Shown: in pieces, positions 49,201 through 64,000 of the stretch
Layout: each line of letters begins with the position of its first letter
How positions within the stretch are numbered: position 1 is the first letter of the stretch
DNA from: Takakia lepidozioides
Taxonomy: Eukaryota; Plantae; Bryophyta
Length of the DNA stretch: 64,000 nucleotides
Assembly: GCA_030704615.1 (NCBI GenBank)
Contig: CM060734.1
Coordinates: 39,432,001 to 39,496,000 of the forward strand
Reading direction: 5' to 3'
The notes under the pieces: generated by a model
The model's database searches: none
The model's input: only the letters and a program-made list of their open reading frames with translations
What the model was told of the DNA's origin: nothing
Translations under genes and position numbers: made by a program

Positions 49201-50075
49201 ATCTGGAAAGCCCGAACTAGTTGTTTATACCAAGGTAACCTCACACTAGCTAAGTGAGCCCCTCACAAAAGTAGTTTCTGGTCCCTTTGAGTGCAGCGAG
49301 GAGGCCCCCGCCCAGCACAGTCTTATTTGCAGGTAATTATGATACAACTATAGTTATTGATTTCTGTTCCAATTCCCGCATTATGTGAAATCCGAGAATG
49401 GAGAGGTTAACTGAATACTTTGTTTTGTACCTGTTCACGAATTTCGAAAATCTTGAGGCTGAGCTTAAAGCCCTGGCCCAGCTGGGGTGGTGCTCATACA
49501 CAGCAGATTGATGCTTGTGTGAATGGATTTCAAGAGGATATCTGGAAAGCCCGAACTAGTTGTTTATACCAAGGTAAATCACACTAGCTGAGTGAGCCCC
49601 TCACAAAGTTGGTTTCTGGTCCCTTTTGTTCCGCCCAAACTGGGCCAGGGTCTATGGCCACAAGTCTACGGCAACGTTGTCTTATGAGTGACAGGATGAA
49701 CTATGTTGTTATTGCAGCAGTTTCCTACTTAGTTTTCCCAACAAACAACTTTTTCTTATTTGCTATTGTTCACATTTGTAAGATTTCATGGGAAACCTAC
49801 CCCACGATCTTGTTCTCCCATTGTCCCACACCTCTGCCCACCTCTGTCTGTTCTCTAAAACTGAAGCTCCTGTTTGCAGGGGTTTAATCCCACTCTTGGC
49901 GGAAGGATCGGCAAAAGCAACAGACTCTGAATCAACTGATGAGATCTTGAATGCAGCACTTGGCTATGCGTTGGATAGGAAACTATGTAAGGTTGGCGAT
50001 TCAATTGTGGCCCTCCATCGCATTGGAGCTGCCTCGGTCATCAAGATCATGGATGTGAAGGAAACCCGTTTTTAA
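46260..50075 (+). CDS. PK: Cytosolic pyruvate kinase; exons 46260-46523, 47738-48199, 48373-49001, 49880-50075
   Basis: KTKIICTLGP, ARFNFSHG, LLDTK|GPEIR, SK|VENQEG, MVARGDLGMEIP, TATQMLESM, DGTDSVMLSGETA. Phases are consistent and there is no transit peptide. Confidence 0.97.
48958..49625 (+). repeat. Tandem duplication of about 331 bp covering the PK exon-3 end, its donor site and the start of the intron
   Basis: gagtgcagcgaggag.ccc..gccc.gcacagtcttatttgcaggtaa at 48958 and 49289, with high similarity along the unit. Confidence 0.92.
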
Positions 50076-50712
50076 GACCTTCATATGCAAGATGAGGAAT
50101 CATGAACATTGATGGCCACAGGAATCATGGTATTCTTCTATTTTTAAGACATTTACAGTTGTCTGTTAACATCAGGATTTGGGTGATTACGTGGTCATTA
50201 TCACGATTGGATTTTCAAATTGTTTCTGGCAACGACCCTCAGTTTGGCGGATCGGTGCTTCTAACTTCGGCACTTCGGGAGGGGTTGAGGGGTTTTGTAG
50301 GTGAGGCATTATGTTGCCAGCAGAGACTCTAACACAAATAAAACACGTATCATCTCAAGGTGGAAAGCAGCTATGCATTTTTGGTGGTCAAAAGGGGTGG
50401 CAAATAAGTACTTAAAGAGCCCTGAGGTGACTTTGCTGATCTGGGAGTATTTGAGCCTGGTTTTTAATGTAGAATTGGTCACTTAGTACTCTGCACATGA
50501 GTATGCCTACAAGCTGCTGCAGAGTAAATTATAGAATTATAGAATTGCTATCTGCCTTTGCAATAGGTTGGGTTTCCTACCCTGTTTTAGGCGCATTTAA
50601 CATTTAAAGAAGTGGAAAACTCACTGTTTCTGCTGTTTCCCCCTTCCAACTACGTGCACCTTGGTTCAGGTACTCTGTGTCTTGGTTTTCTCTGATGGGA
50701 TTTCAGTGTTAG

Positions 50713-50828
50713 CTGTCCACACCAGGCAAGGTATTAAGGCTTTGGGTTGGGCTGTTCTGTGGAAAAATAAGGCACAAACAAGTATCTGTCCACACCAGGC
50801 AAGCTATCAAGGCTTTGGGTTGGGCTGC
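50713..50828. repeat. Direct repeat of about 42 bp
   Basis: ctgtccacaccaggcaag.tat.aaggctttgggttgggctg at ~50713 and ~50786. Confidence 0.85.
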
Positions 50829-51900
50829 ATTGTGGGCTGCATTGCCAGCCAGATGTATGTCTATGGACCGCAAGAGGCAGGCAGTGAAATTACTCTGGCT
50901 GTTGCCACTTTTACCCTATTACAGTTATATAAACTAATTGGCTGTGGCAAAGGGTAGTTGTGAACCAGCTTATCCTATCTTTATGGTATCACAGGAACAT
51001 GAATTTCCAGTTTCATAGTCTCCGAACAACACAACTGAACATGACTTAGTAGTTAGTTATGTAATGTTTGCAAGGGGTTTGTAACAGGTCATGGCAAGCA
51101 TATAAAGAGCTTGTGCCTACGGTGCCAAAAATCTACATGTTTGGAAAATGCCAAATTGATCCATACAAAAGAATTACCCAGAACCTTGGAAACTCTTTAT
51201 TAAAAGATGCTAAGCACATACTTTCAGGCTTTAAATTTCAGAAAGCAGGTTTCTTAAGGAGAAGTTTTCTCAGTTTTAGAATTTAGAATTTTTGTGAGAT
51301 TCTGATGAAACCGTGAAGTTTTTCCTGATATGGCTAAGGCAAAACCAAGTCATCCATGAATCTTACCTTTAGGCTAACAGGCAGGCCCCCATTCTGTGTG
51401 ACCATCTCCCGCCAAAAAGGTTCAGTCTAGCAGCAAGGCAAGACATTGGGATGCTGCAACAAGCCGCAGGTAAAGAGTCTGTCAGAACAAGCTCCCATCA
51501 TTGAGCTGTTAGAGACAGATAATCATTCACTTAATTACTATGCCAGAAGTATCCAATGACATCATCCGTCCTACCCTTCCAGCAGATTTGTTCAGTCTGA
51601 GCAAAGAGACCGAAGCCAAGTGTGAGCTTCCCAACACATGCCCGCAGCACTGGAATTACACAAAAATGGTTCCACTGTTGAAAAACGACACAAGTGCCAT
51701 GATAACTGGTGCCTTCATAGAGCAAAAAGTCCTCCCTTGCTTTGTGGAATTCTCCTTTTAACTGCAGGACAAAGTTACCCTGATATGATAGATGATGTAC
51801 AGCTCACCTGCTCTGAATTGTCCACACTCCAGGGTACCCAGCCTTGAGAACCAGTGGTATCTTCTTCACTTGAGTACCAGGTCAGAGAAGGACTCAGGTA

Positions 51901-54167
<2,267 letters not shown>

Positions 54168-57100
54168 GGGCCTGGCCTTTGCGTGCTCCCTGGGCCTCCA
54201 CCGCACTGCCCGCCCCTCCTTTAACTTCAGCAAGGCCCCTAACACAGCCTGGCTTGCGAATACCTGCGGGTATCCATATAATTCTTCAGCGTTACGAACA
54301 GATGAAGGAATAAGTCGGGGGAATCCTGCGCAATAACCCCAGTGCCATCACGGGCTAATCTGAACAGTGAGCTCGGCTTATCTGAAACAATTGGTAATTA
54401 CGGGGTAATCTGAACAGCTGAAAGTTCTGAAGGGTAATCTGTTGTCTTGTCACCCATGAAAAGACCTGGGGCCGCTGTTGTCTATGTCGTCAGCTCTTAC
54501 AGCTCTTGCTTGCAACCTATCTCCCTCCTCCTATACAAGACAGAGAAGGGACAGGCTCGCGGGTTCCTTGTTCCCTCTCAGAAGCCTGCGATTGCACTTC
54601 TGAAATTCGAACCCAGAAACCTTCGACGAAAGCCCCTGTGAAATGTCACGTGCTCGTTGGAAGTAGTTCCAAGAAAAGACTCCACCTCTGCAACCTTGAC
54701 ACTACCTTCCCTTGCGGCCGTTGCGGTGGCGATGGACTTCCAAACCGAGTGAACCCAGTGGTGTCATCGGACATGCCTGGCAGACCGTCTTCTTGCCCTC
54801 CCCAGGTGCACTCTTGGCCAGAGAGGTTTTTCTGTTATCTTGTTTTCTAGAAAGCTGAGATGGGTCATACTCCTTTCTCCATCCTCCTCCTCTAGCACCC
54901 GTTTATGGTTGGTAAAAACTGGCAAGACTATGGCAAGCGAAGCTGGATGAGAAAGATTCGCTGGGTGGGCTGTCTGATGGGACAAGCAGCCCTAGCCCTT
55001 GAAATGCAGGGGATGAAGTGAAGCCTCTTCTAGGCTGTCAGGCGGGCATTGCATCGGTGGCCGGTGAGCTATGTTTTGCTTGCCGTGCTCTCATTTTTGG
55101 CTATAGCGTTCCAGACCTTGAATTTACGTGGCCACTTGCTTGATCATTCCCTGAGTTCGGCTGCAGAGCATTGCGCCGGAGCAACGTCGTAGCTCCCACG
55201 CGAGATTTGGAATTTGCGAACTCATTGAGCGATCTTGCCTCAAGTTGAGGCTGATGCATCAATTGCGTGTGATTGGCAAGATTTCTAGGATCGTGGATAT
55301 TGATCTAGAAAACGTTGGTTGTGTGCAGACTGAAAGATTTCCTCGGGAGGATTTGCATCACACGACAAGACGTTCCAGTGGAATCCATCAGGGTCGGCAT
55401 CTTGCCGCACATTGCGTCTCCCCTCCAGGTAGCCTCTTACTCTGATTAGATATGCCGTTATCGTGGAGCACATACTGCCACCATGGCTATTCTCGATGTT
55501 GCGAGGTACCCTTGACAACCTCAGCCTTGGAAGTTGGGGTGAGTACATAGAGAGCATGGCTGCTGGGTTTGCTTATTTCCACACGTCATGATGACAACCA
55601 TGTAGGCAACAGGCCCTCGGGGCTGTGTCTGAGGATAGCTGTTGTGCTTGTCCTTTCTCCATGATACATGATAGTAGAAGAAAGAAGCAAAGTTGCTGAG
55701 GCACTCAGGTGGAGAGAAAGATGAACGTTATGATCACAATACATCTCCTTTCTAGCTCAACACAATTTCGGGGTCCTTTTATGGATTGGAAGTTGAATCA
55801 GATTTGCAGGTGTTACCCCCACAACCAGAATTATGTACTTAGATTGTCGGCTCTGTAGGTAGCAGTAGTATGTGTGAGCCACCAAGAAGTAGAACTAGTT
55901 AATTAAATGTACAGTCCTGGTGGGTGCCCCAGACGGAGGTGCCATAGCCCCCACTGCATAGCGGCTGCATAATCCCACTTGGTGGTCTCTGCATCATTCT
56001 CCTTCATCAATTTTTTCACCCTCAGCACTTCAAATTTAGATAACACAAATCTCATGTTCTACAATTTGTGGAACATAGACCATAGAATGACTTAAGAACA
56101 AGGTGTGAAGGAGTCCTTCTCAAATTGCTTACAATGATGGGACAACGTGTTTGTGAGGGTGAAGCTATAATCACTCATGACATGAAAGAGGTAGTGAAAG
56201 GTAGGGTTTAATTGAGGTTGGAATGATTATGGTTTGTGGAATTGTTGTGTCTTCAATTGCTTAGATATTTGAAGGACTCTAAACTTGGTGCTTCTTGTTG
56301 GTATTAGTAAGATTGGTCTTTATTTAAGAAAGGCATGAAGGTTCATTCAAGGTTGTTTCCTTTCTGAAAGATCATTAGGAGCTTTGGTACTTTTTAGCCG
56401 TTTGTGATCATTGTTTCTAGCCATCACTACTCCACTTAAAAACTAAGTGTTTTCAAAGAAAACTAAGCTGACTGTGCAACTGTACAAAGGAGCCCCTATG
56501 CCTAGAAAAGCTTGCCTCTATAACAGAAAGGCAAGCAAAAGTTAATGATGGTTCTAATAGCATGAAGGTCAATGTTGTAAAAGATGATGATTCAAGGGTT
56601 TCACTTCAAGTAGGTTGAAATGAAGTTCAAAGTAGACGACGGCAATAGTTGTGTAGCCATTTCTAAAGTTGGTGGAAAGTCCTTCCTAATGAGGGGATCT
56701 TCATTGAAGTATATGGAAGCTTTGAGATTTGAGTGCTTACTTAGAGCATGCCCAGCAGAGGCTCACTAAATAGACGCATAACCATCAACTTGGTGCGTCC
56801 GTTGCTTGGGCAATAATGCCAGCAAGCGGCCAACTTGCCGCTTGCCCCAGCAACAACCCGCGTATGCGGATTCACGGCATTTTGTCAACCTATGGATGCA
56901 CGCCACGGATGCACGGCATTCTTGACTTCCATAGCTGGAAAAACTCAACTCGTAGCGTGCGACCTTTTCACGTGCGACTTAGGTAGCGTGCGACATTCTC
57001 GCTCAGCAAATTGGTAGTAGATGCTGTGGGAGAAATGTTATTATATTATTGGTGGTGGGTTGCAGATCAATATATACACACGAACAAGTACGCAAACAAT

Positions 57101-57649
57101 TCAATGCCCAAGCAACAAGAATAGGAGGTTCCATTCGAAGCCAAATGCACTCAAATCTACAATTAGTTTTCATCCAACCCGCATCATGCGGTAAACGTGG
57201 ATAGATCTGCAAACGCCTACCTTATGCTACCAATTTTATAGTACGTTGTGGAACAGTACAACTGACCCCGAGAAAGTACTATTATTCCTCGGCACATGCA
57301 AATTTTCGTACCTAACGGAATTTCGGAACCATAAATCCGTCTCGTTTGCACAAGAGATGCATAAGGCAAAGTTCTCTATCCAGTTGGAGGACAAATTTTA
57401 TATTTACGAGTACATGAGTATGGTCAATGACTGGACAGCTTTGGCAGAAGACTTGCAGAAATTTGGAGTGGGTGGGTGGAGAGAATTTAAATTTCACGAA
57501 AAAAAAGTCTTAAAATCCAAAATAAAAAATTCTGATCCGTCTGTTTTGACTTCAAACAAACGGCCCAAGTAAATGATAGTGACCTCTACAATACCATTGA
57601 AGTTATCAATGAGAAAGGCGAGACAATCAATGGATTGTCTGTCAATGCT

Positions 57650-57933
57650 GGAGACTTTGTAGCTAGAAGAATTACTAGATTACGGAAAGACTTTTTCTTC
57701 TATAGTCAAAATCATCTCTCTACCAATTTTCATTGCCTTAGTAGCCGTATATGATTATTATATCTATCAGCTAGATGTATAAACTGCTTTCCTCTATGGA
57801 CTTCTCCAAGAGGAAATCTATATACAACAACCCCCAAGTTATGTCTCTACAACTTCGACACGAGGCCAAAGTGTGCAGATTGTTGAAAACTCTGTATGGT
57901 TTAAAACAGAGTCCACGAATGTGGTATGAGAGG
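57650..57933 (+). mobile_element. Ty1/Copia reverse transcriptase fragment
   Basis: IYQLDV*TAFLYGLLQEEIYIQQP, then VCRLLKTLYGLKQSPRMWYER. Confidence 0.88.
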
Positions 57934-58610
57934 TGTTGGAATGATGTCCAATCATTCTAACATACGTGAGCCACAATATTCATTAGAGTCTTAGAATATG
58001 TCACAAAACATCGAGAGAGTATTCATTGAGAGAGCGACAACTCATTGTCTTGTTTCTTGAGTCTAGTGCATCACCTTCATGCATAACTACCACTAGCTAT
58101 AGAGAAATGTTCGCCATTTTCGTGACCTTTGGCACTCAAGATAATAAAATATAGATGACGCTACATTCATCCCCAATAATCCAGATTAACTAACAATATG
58201 ATTTCATTCCCACTAATGCTCTGGCACTTCATCCACAATTTCTTCCATTATTCTAAATTATGCTCCAGCATCTCAGTCCATTTTAATCCAACTCCACTTA
58301 CATGACAAATAATGCTTGTCATTTTGCACACTCTTTGTTAAAAAATCTGCAACCTTTATAGAAGTTAAAATGTACTCTAGAATCACCTCCATTTACTAAA
58401 CCTTCTTTCTTGTATAGTGGTACTGTATATCAATGTGTTTGCTCCGAGCGTGAAATTTAGGATTTGAGGATAAGGCTATTGCAATCTGATTATCTGGATA
58501 TATTACAGTAGGCTTCATTTGAGTTAATCGAAGTTCCATCATCAAATTCCTTAACCATATTGCTACAACAACAACCTTCGTTAATGTCATATGGTCTTCA
58601 AGCATTATAA
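57934..58610 (-). mobile_element. Ty1/Copia 3' end: RNase H fragment plus LTR (57934-58195)
   Basis: AIWLRNLMMEL...IYPDNQIAIALSSNPKFHARSKHIDIQYHYTR. The LTR-like segment is TGTTGG...CTAACA. Confidence 0.8.
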
Positions 58611-59149
58611 ATGGAACAAATTGTGTGTATTGCATCTGGTTGTGTTCTGGTTGTGTTTTTGGCAATACCTGATCTGTATCTTAATATTTCCCACATTCTT
58701 GAAATTTACATATGACTGACGGTAAGAAAACTCGTATAGATCCATGAACGGAAATTGGAAGAAATCACACAAACCCGGACATAATCCATCGCGACTCAAA
58801 CAGTGAGGAGGCAGGTGGACTTAACAATAAGGGCCAGCCCAAGTGATCCGATCAAACAAACAACCTCCACAGTCGACGTTGCGAGATGGAGGAGATGAGC
58901 CGGAGATGGTCGTTGCTCACCACGAAGGAAAAGAGAGCGAGCAGCACCATCAGCAAATTCGGAACCCCTCCCCGAAACGGGTATACACCTCATAACCATC
59001 TTAGCTTTGTTCTTCTTTGTCCTTCTTCTAGTTTTCAAAATAAATTAATTGTTCTGTTATTCCACAGGATGATATGATTCACCCTCCAATCGACTATCAC
59101 AAATCTGTGAACCCACAGGATTGGTATCGCCTCTCTGAGGGATCGAAAG

Positions 59150-62100
59150 GATCTCGACCAGGATACTACGTCCTGGTTCTTGACGTCGGTTACCTTGGTG
59201 AGGTTTACATCTGAGATGGCCCGAGATCCCCTCCCGCAACCCATCCTTGTGTGTGCGCTGGAAAATTCAAGCTTGCAGTCCGAAATGGGTTGGACGACTT
59301 CCTGAAATGGGTCCTTAAGCATTTTGAGGTCTAATTTTGGAACACTGGACCGTTTGAAAATGTCCTGGACATAGGGCTGGCTTTGTTTGGAAGAAGGTTT
59401 TACAAGGTCAGGGAATTCCGCAATGAGAACTGCGTGAAGCATAGACAGACGTTCAGTGCCGAATGGCCCAAATATCCGAAAGCGCCAATGTATCTTAAAC
59501 GTCTCTACGACCTTTTCATTGTAGACGACCCTGTAGCGTACAAATCAAACACACTTCTTATCGACACTGTAGAAAATATGTATAAGTCGTACTTGAACCC
59601 AAAGTCGCTTGGTATCTTCCTTCCAAAATATAAAGCGTTTGTCGACCCATACAAGGACAGGTTTCTTCTTGATGAACTCAAACCGCACCTGGAAGAGTTG
59701 CGGTTATCCGGAAAAGACGCTGATATATTCAACGTGGAAAAACCCATAGGATGTCCACCGTATAATGACCCAAAGGTCAAGTGCCTCTTGCTATGGGATT
59801 TGCAGTGGCAGGTTTATCTTAGAAAACAAAAATTTCCTAACACTTCATTGGAACAGTTTGAAACGTAGATGGCTGCTCTAGATTTTCATGAACCTCAACT
59901 GTCCAGTCGACGTTTCTCCCAATGTCAATCATGTCCTTGGTTTATCTTGATTACCACATGAGTGGGATGTATGAATTTCTCACAGATTGCAGCACCAATT
60001 TTTCCAGTTGCGAAAGGATTGCGCTTGATAATTTTTTATCTAAATGGAGTTTTGTGCAAAGTCTTGAAGCACCAGAAGAACTACTATGTCCCCCGAATGT
60101 CCGAGACAGACTACAGGATACCAGCTCTTGTTGGATTTTGACTTGTCTATAGGCGGGAAAAATATCGTGAGATTGAGACAGAGTTGAACAAACATTTCCG
60201 TCTAAGTATATGGAGCTGCATGATGTACAAGAACTTGCAACCTATACTGGACTTTATGCTTCGGGGTCTTCCTCAGCTGACATTCGTTATGTCTCAGGAA
60301 GATTGTATCTCCTGTCCTACTTCTGTCCACCCTCAATTTATATCAGGATACGACCCGCCAAGTCTGTTCTTGAAGCCATTGATGACTGTCTGGCAAAGAT
60401 TTGGTGGTCAGTACAACCTGAGTAACACTCTACTTATTGACGATTCAACTATTAAGTGTGTGTTGAACGCGCCTAAATCCTGCCTGATTCTAAAATCGTT
60501 TGAATCCGTTGAGACAGACTCTTGCTATCTCCAGAAGGTTCTTCAGAAATATTTGCTTGGAATGAATAAATCTCACACGGTTTCCAGTTATCTCAGGGAA
60601 AAGAGGATAGGACTTAAGCCTTGTCAGAATGTTTCCACCGATCCTAAGTTTAAGCCTCTCCTGAATTATGTTGATGATTCTAATTACGGGAATCTCCGAT
60701 GTGATGCTTCAAAATAAAGATTTTATTGATCAACCACGTCTGTGATTCAATGTATACCATCCCGATCCTCTGAGATACAGGCCTTCTCCGAAACTCGTCT
60801 CGGGGGCTTTTTCAAATCCGACAACCTCCACTGTGCAGTAGAGGTTATCCCGTGTCTGTACATTGACCTTGTAAGTTTGTTTCTGCAGGTTCATGGCGAT
60901 GCTGCTGATGCCAACTTCTTGTCGGGACTTCCATTGGAATCCTCCATATCATAAATTTGTCTACAGAGGGACAACATTCACACTACTGTTGAGATTTTTG
61001 TCATCGACGGTGAAGCATCATCCAGGCACTTGGCTTCCCTTCAATTGCACGACCCTCTTCTTCAGTCCATTCCTGAAAATGATGTTCTGTCGCATGATTG
61101 TTTAGGATTGAATGTCGAAGATGGAAGCCAACTTGACAAATGTGCAGGGGATTTCGTGGACCTCACTCTACAATCCTCACCCTCCGTGTTAAGTGTCAAT
61201 GGTGTGAAATCTACCTCGAGAATGTCATCTGTTGAGGACGCGGCTGCGGCTGCGGCTGCGGCTGCGGCTCCGCAGCACAATGTTGCATCTCTTCTCTCCT
61301 TCTCTTCCCAGCACGAAGGTTGGACAGCCCAAATCAAAAGAAGTCAGGTAAAATTACTTATATCTGAATTCTAACTCGTCCTTTTGTTTTCCTTAGTACT
61401 GGGTCTGATGTTCTTGTTTTACTCCAGGCCAGAAAATCTGCGGATTGTGACCTTCCTGTCAAACGATGTCTTCATTGGAAATTTGTTCCGAGGTAATCCC
61501 TTCGTTACGTGTGAATTCCATTTAGGATGTGGAGTGTTCAAGGGACAATTTCCATTCCGTTCCCCTTCTCCGAAACCCTTTCGACGAGGACAAGGACGAA
61601 ACTTCAATTGCAACTTCTAGGCTTCCCGACCCTGCAGTGTTGACGCAATGTTCTGCACTGAGGAAGTGGAATAAGGCCCCCAAACCATTTCCATCTCTTC
61701 TACAAATCGGTTCCACCGGAAAGAAGTCCTTCGTCAGAGACAAAACAGACTCGAGGAAGAAAAAGAATACCTCGGACATACCGGGGTCTCGTCAAAACAC
61801 GTCCATTGGGATGCCAAGCCCGCCAGCGAGACTTTCTAATAAGGCGACATCGGTATTATTCGATATCATTTTTCTATTTTTTTCTTTTTCTGTTCGTTTG
61901 GTTATGCACTAATTAACTCCATCTTTTCCGAACAGGCGGGGATGCAGCACAATACCTTCATCAATTTCCCTCCGTACAAGGTACTTTCCTAAACCTCCAC
62001 TTGGCAGTCAACGTTCCTCTTCTTAGCAATATTAACCCTCCTCTTCAAATATTCCAAGCCCACAACATTGTGCGGTATTTTGCCATTTTCTGCACAATCG

Positions 62101-62850
62101 TGTTGATCTTCCATACACTCAATCATTCTGGGTCGTGGGTATTTTTTATGGCAGAAACACTAATGTCAGTGTGTGATTAACCTGCTCAGGATAACTTTGT
62201 CTCTCATCCTTTACATGCAACAGCGGGGAAGAGGAAATGGATGTTGTTAATTTTGAGTGTCAACGGACTCCTCTACTACCAGCCACCCCCAACCAGCGGT
62301 GAACTGTTTAAGGAGAAATTTCATTTCAGGAATGTGACACTTCAAGTTCCTGACAGACTGTTTGTGGTGCCTCGGCCTGGAGTCTTGGAGTTTCTGGACC
62401 TTGCATTGAAGCATTTTCACGTGGCCATTTGGTCATGTGCTGATAGAGGTGTTCTTTATAGGATGTTGGAGAGCTTCGTCCCCACGAAAATAGCGAAGAA
62501 GTTTTGCTTCATATGGTCTGCTGAGGATTGTAAGGATACCACCGGTTATATTAGGCCCGGGATGAAATATCTCGTGAAGGATATTCGAAGTGTTATTGTC
62601 AGGTACCCTGGTAGACCATTTGCTACACATGGGCAAATACTTCTTGTAGATGATGAGCCATCAAAAGGCCTGCGAAACCCACAAAATACTGGATTCGGAA
62701 AAGACGTTGATATATTCAACGTGGAAAAACCCATAGGATGTCCACCGTATAATGACCCAAAGGTCAATGCCTCTTGCTATGGGATTTGCAGTGGCAGGTT
62801 TATCTTAGAAAACAAAAATTTCCTGACGCTTCATTGGAACAGTTTGAAAC
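59150..62850 (+). pseudogene. Decayed multi-exon gene with three FCP1/NIF-like HAD domains
   Basis: Domain 1 ~59160-59700: YVLVLDVGYLG..*..VRNGLDDFLKWVLKHFEV*FW..NTLLID. Domain 2 ~60150-60620: HFRLSIWS..FLKPLMTVW..NTLLIDDSTIKCVLN. Domain 3 62241-62695: LLILSVNGLL..RPGVLEFL..FHVAIWS..LLVDDEPSKGLRNP. Contains in-frame stops and a frameshifted duplication. Confidence 0.75.
62696..62850 (+). repeat. Near-identical copy of 59709-59864
   Basis: cggaaaagacg.tgatatattcaacgtggaaaaacccataggatgtccaccg...ggaacagtttgaaac, with a 1-bp deletion in this copy. Confidence 0.93.
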
Positions 62851-63239
62851 CAGTGGTGTCCATGGTGTACTCTGATTTTGAATTTGAGGTGTCATATTTT
62901 ACTACAAAGGATAAATATAATCTACAATGGCTTGGTTGTATATAGACAAATTGATGTAAATTCTAATTTTTGATATATCAAATTAAAGACTAAAATTTAT
63001 AGTAAAATTTATCTTTGATGTTTGGGATAAGACCCTTTATATGGAATGCAATATCTGCCATTTTTGGTCCAGTCGTTCCTACATTCACCCCGGAGTGCCC
63101 TCAAACTATACACCAGATGGTAAGATGAGGAAATGCCTTGCTATTATTGTATAGTTTGAGGGTTGATTGAGTATTGGTGTGTTAATACCACTCCACTGAC
63201 CTTAGTTGACAAGATAACTATGTGATCTACCTTGAGATC

Positions 63240-63947
63240 CAGTTATCTGCCTCTTATGGTTTGCCAGTTTCCTGCAAGCCCAGAATGTTGTGACTCCATC
63301 TCAGATAAGTCACCATTCTTCCTTCTACGAATGTCGTCAGTCAATAATTTGGCTACAACATCCTGAAGGATTAAATCGAGTTGATTACTCAAGGTCATTG
63401 TCATGGGCTCATATGACTCTAGAAGACTACTTAAGAGCATCTCTACGTTGGACATCTTCATTTGAATATGTGACCCCCACTGACCCTAGTTGTTTTAAAA
63501 GAAGTCTAAATTCATGAATGTGAATTTTAATATCACTCCCTTATCTCAAACTGCAATTTACAGACTGTTTTCTAAGATGACATTTATTCATCATGGATTC
63601 ATGTCATTTGTTTGATAAACTCTTGGTAATGCTACCCAATTCCCACTTGTTGTGAGTGCATAGGTCACATGACCGAGACAAGTATTTTTAACACTATCTA
63701 TTATTAACAATTGTGTTGTCCTATCTCTATCTTCCCAGTTTACTATGGAACTTGCATTAGTCTTTGGTGGATTTGTTACTGTTCCACCAGGTGAGGTACT
63801 TGTGCTAGGTTTGATTTCAGTACCTATGACTAAATCCCACAATTTTTCTTTTTTGAAAAGGTATGACAATCTAATCTTCCAGTTTTAATAGTTAGAACCA
63901 TCTAATTTCTCTATGGTTCTAACTTGATTAGACGAGGAGGATGCCAT
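63240..63947 (-). mobile_element. Ty1/Copia gag fragment, degenerate
   Basis: MASSSSNQVRTIEKLDGSNY*NWKIRLSYLFKKEKLWDLVIGTE...WEDRD..QLLIIDSV...LLSSLLESYE. Confidence 0.88.
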
Positions 63948-64000
63948 TGTTGCACTTGTTTAGGATCTACTCATCCTATAGAATTTAAGGATTCTATGTT

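Overview
Eukaryotic nuclear DNA from a land plant with spliceosomal GT-AG introns. PPR motif style and gene content suggest a non-seed plant such as a bryophyte rich in RNA-editing factors (inference only). Genes: two head-to-head PLS-class PPR genes (one complete DYW editing factor, one running off the left edge), RTE1, an 11-exon lipid-A-disaccharide synthase (lpxB) whose motifs look cyanobacterial, an intronless GT4 glycosyltransferase, BUD23/WBSCR22 18S rRNA methyltransferase, cytosolic pyruvate kinase, a PFA-DSP/Siw14 phosphatase, and a decayed gene with three FCP1/NIF-like HAD domains. Mobile DNA: a degenerate Ty3/Gypsy chromovirus whose two LTRs do not match each other, a 1.28-kb element with perfect CCCTT-type TIRs and a TTAA target duplication (piggyBac signature, unusual for land plants) nested in a tRNA-SINE inside a hAT-like relic, a TA-flanked pogo/mariner-like element, L1- and RTE-like LINE fragments, Copia relics, and several local duplications. 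Best leads are the piggyBac-like element, the cyanobacterial-type lpxB, the mismatched-LTR Gypsy, the multi-FCP1 gene, and a testable RNA-target prediction for the DYW protein. Exon coordinates were read by hand and may be off by a few bases.
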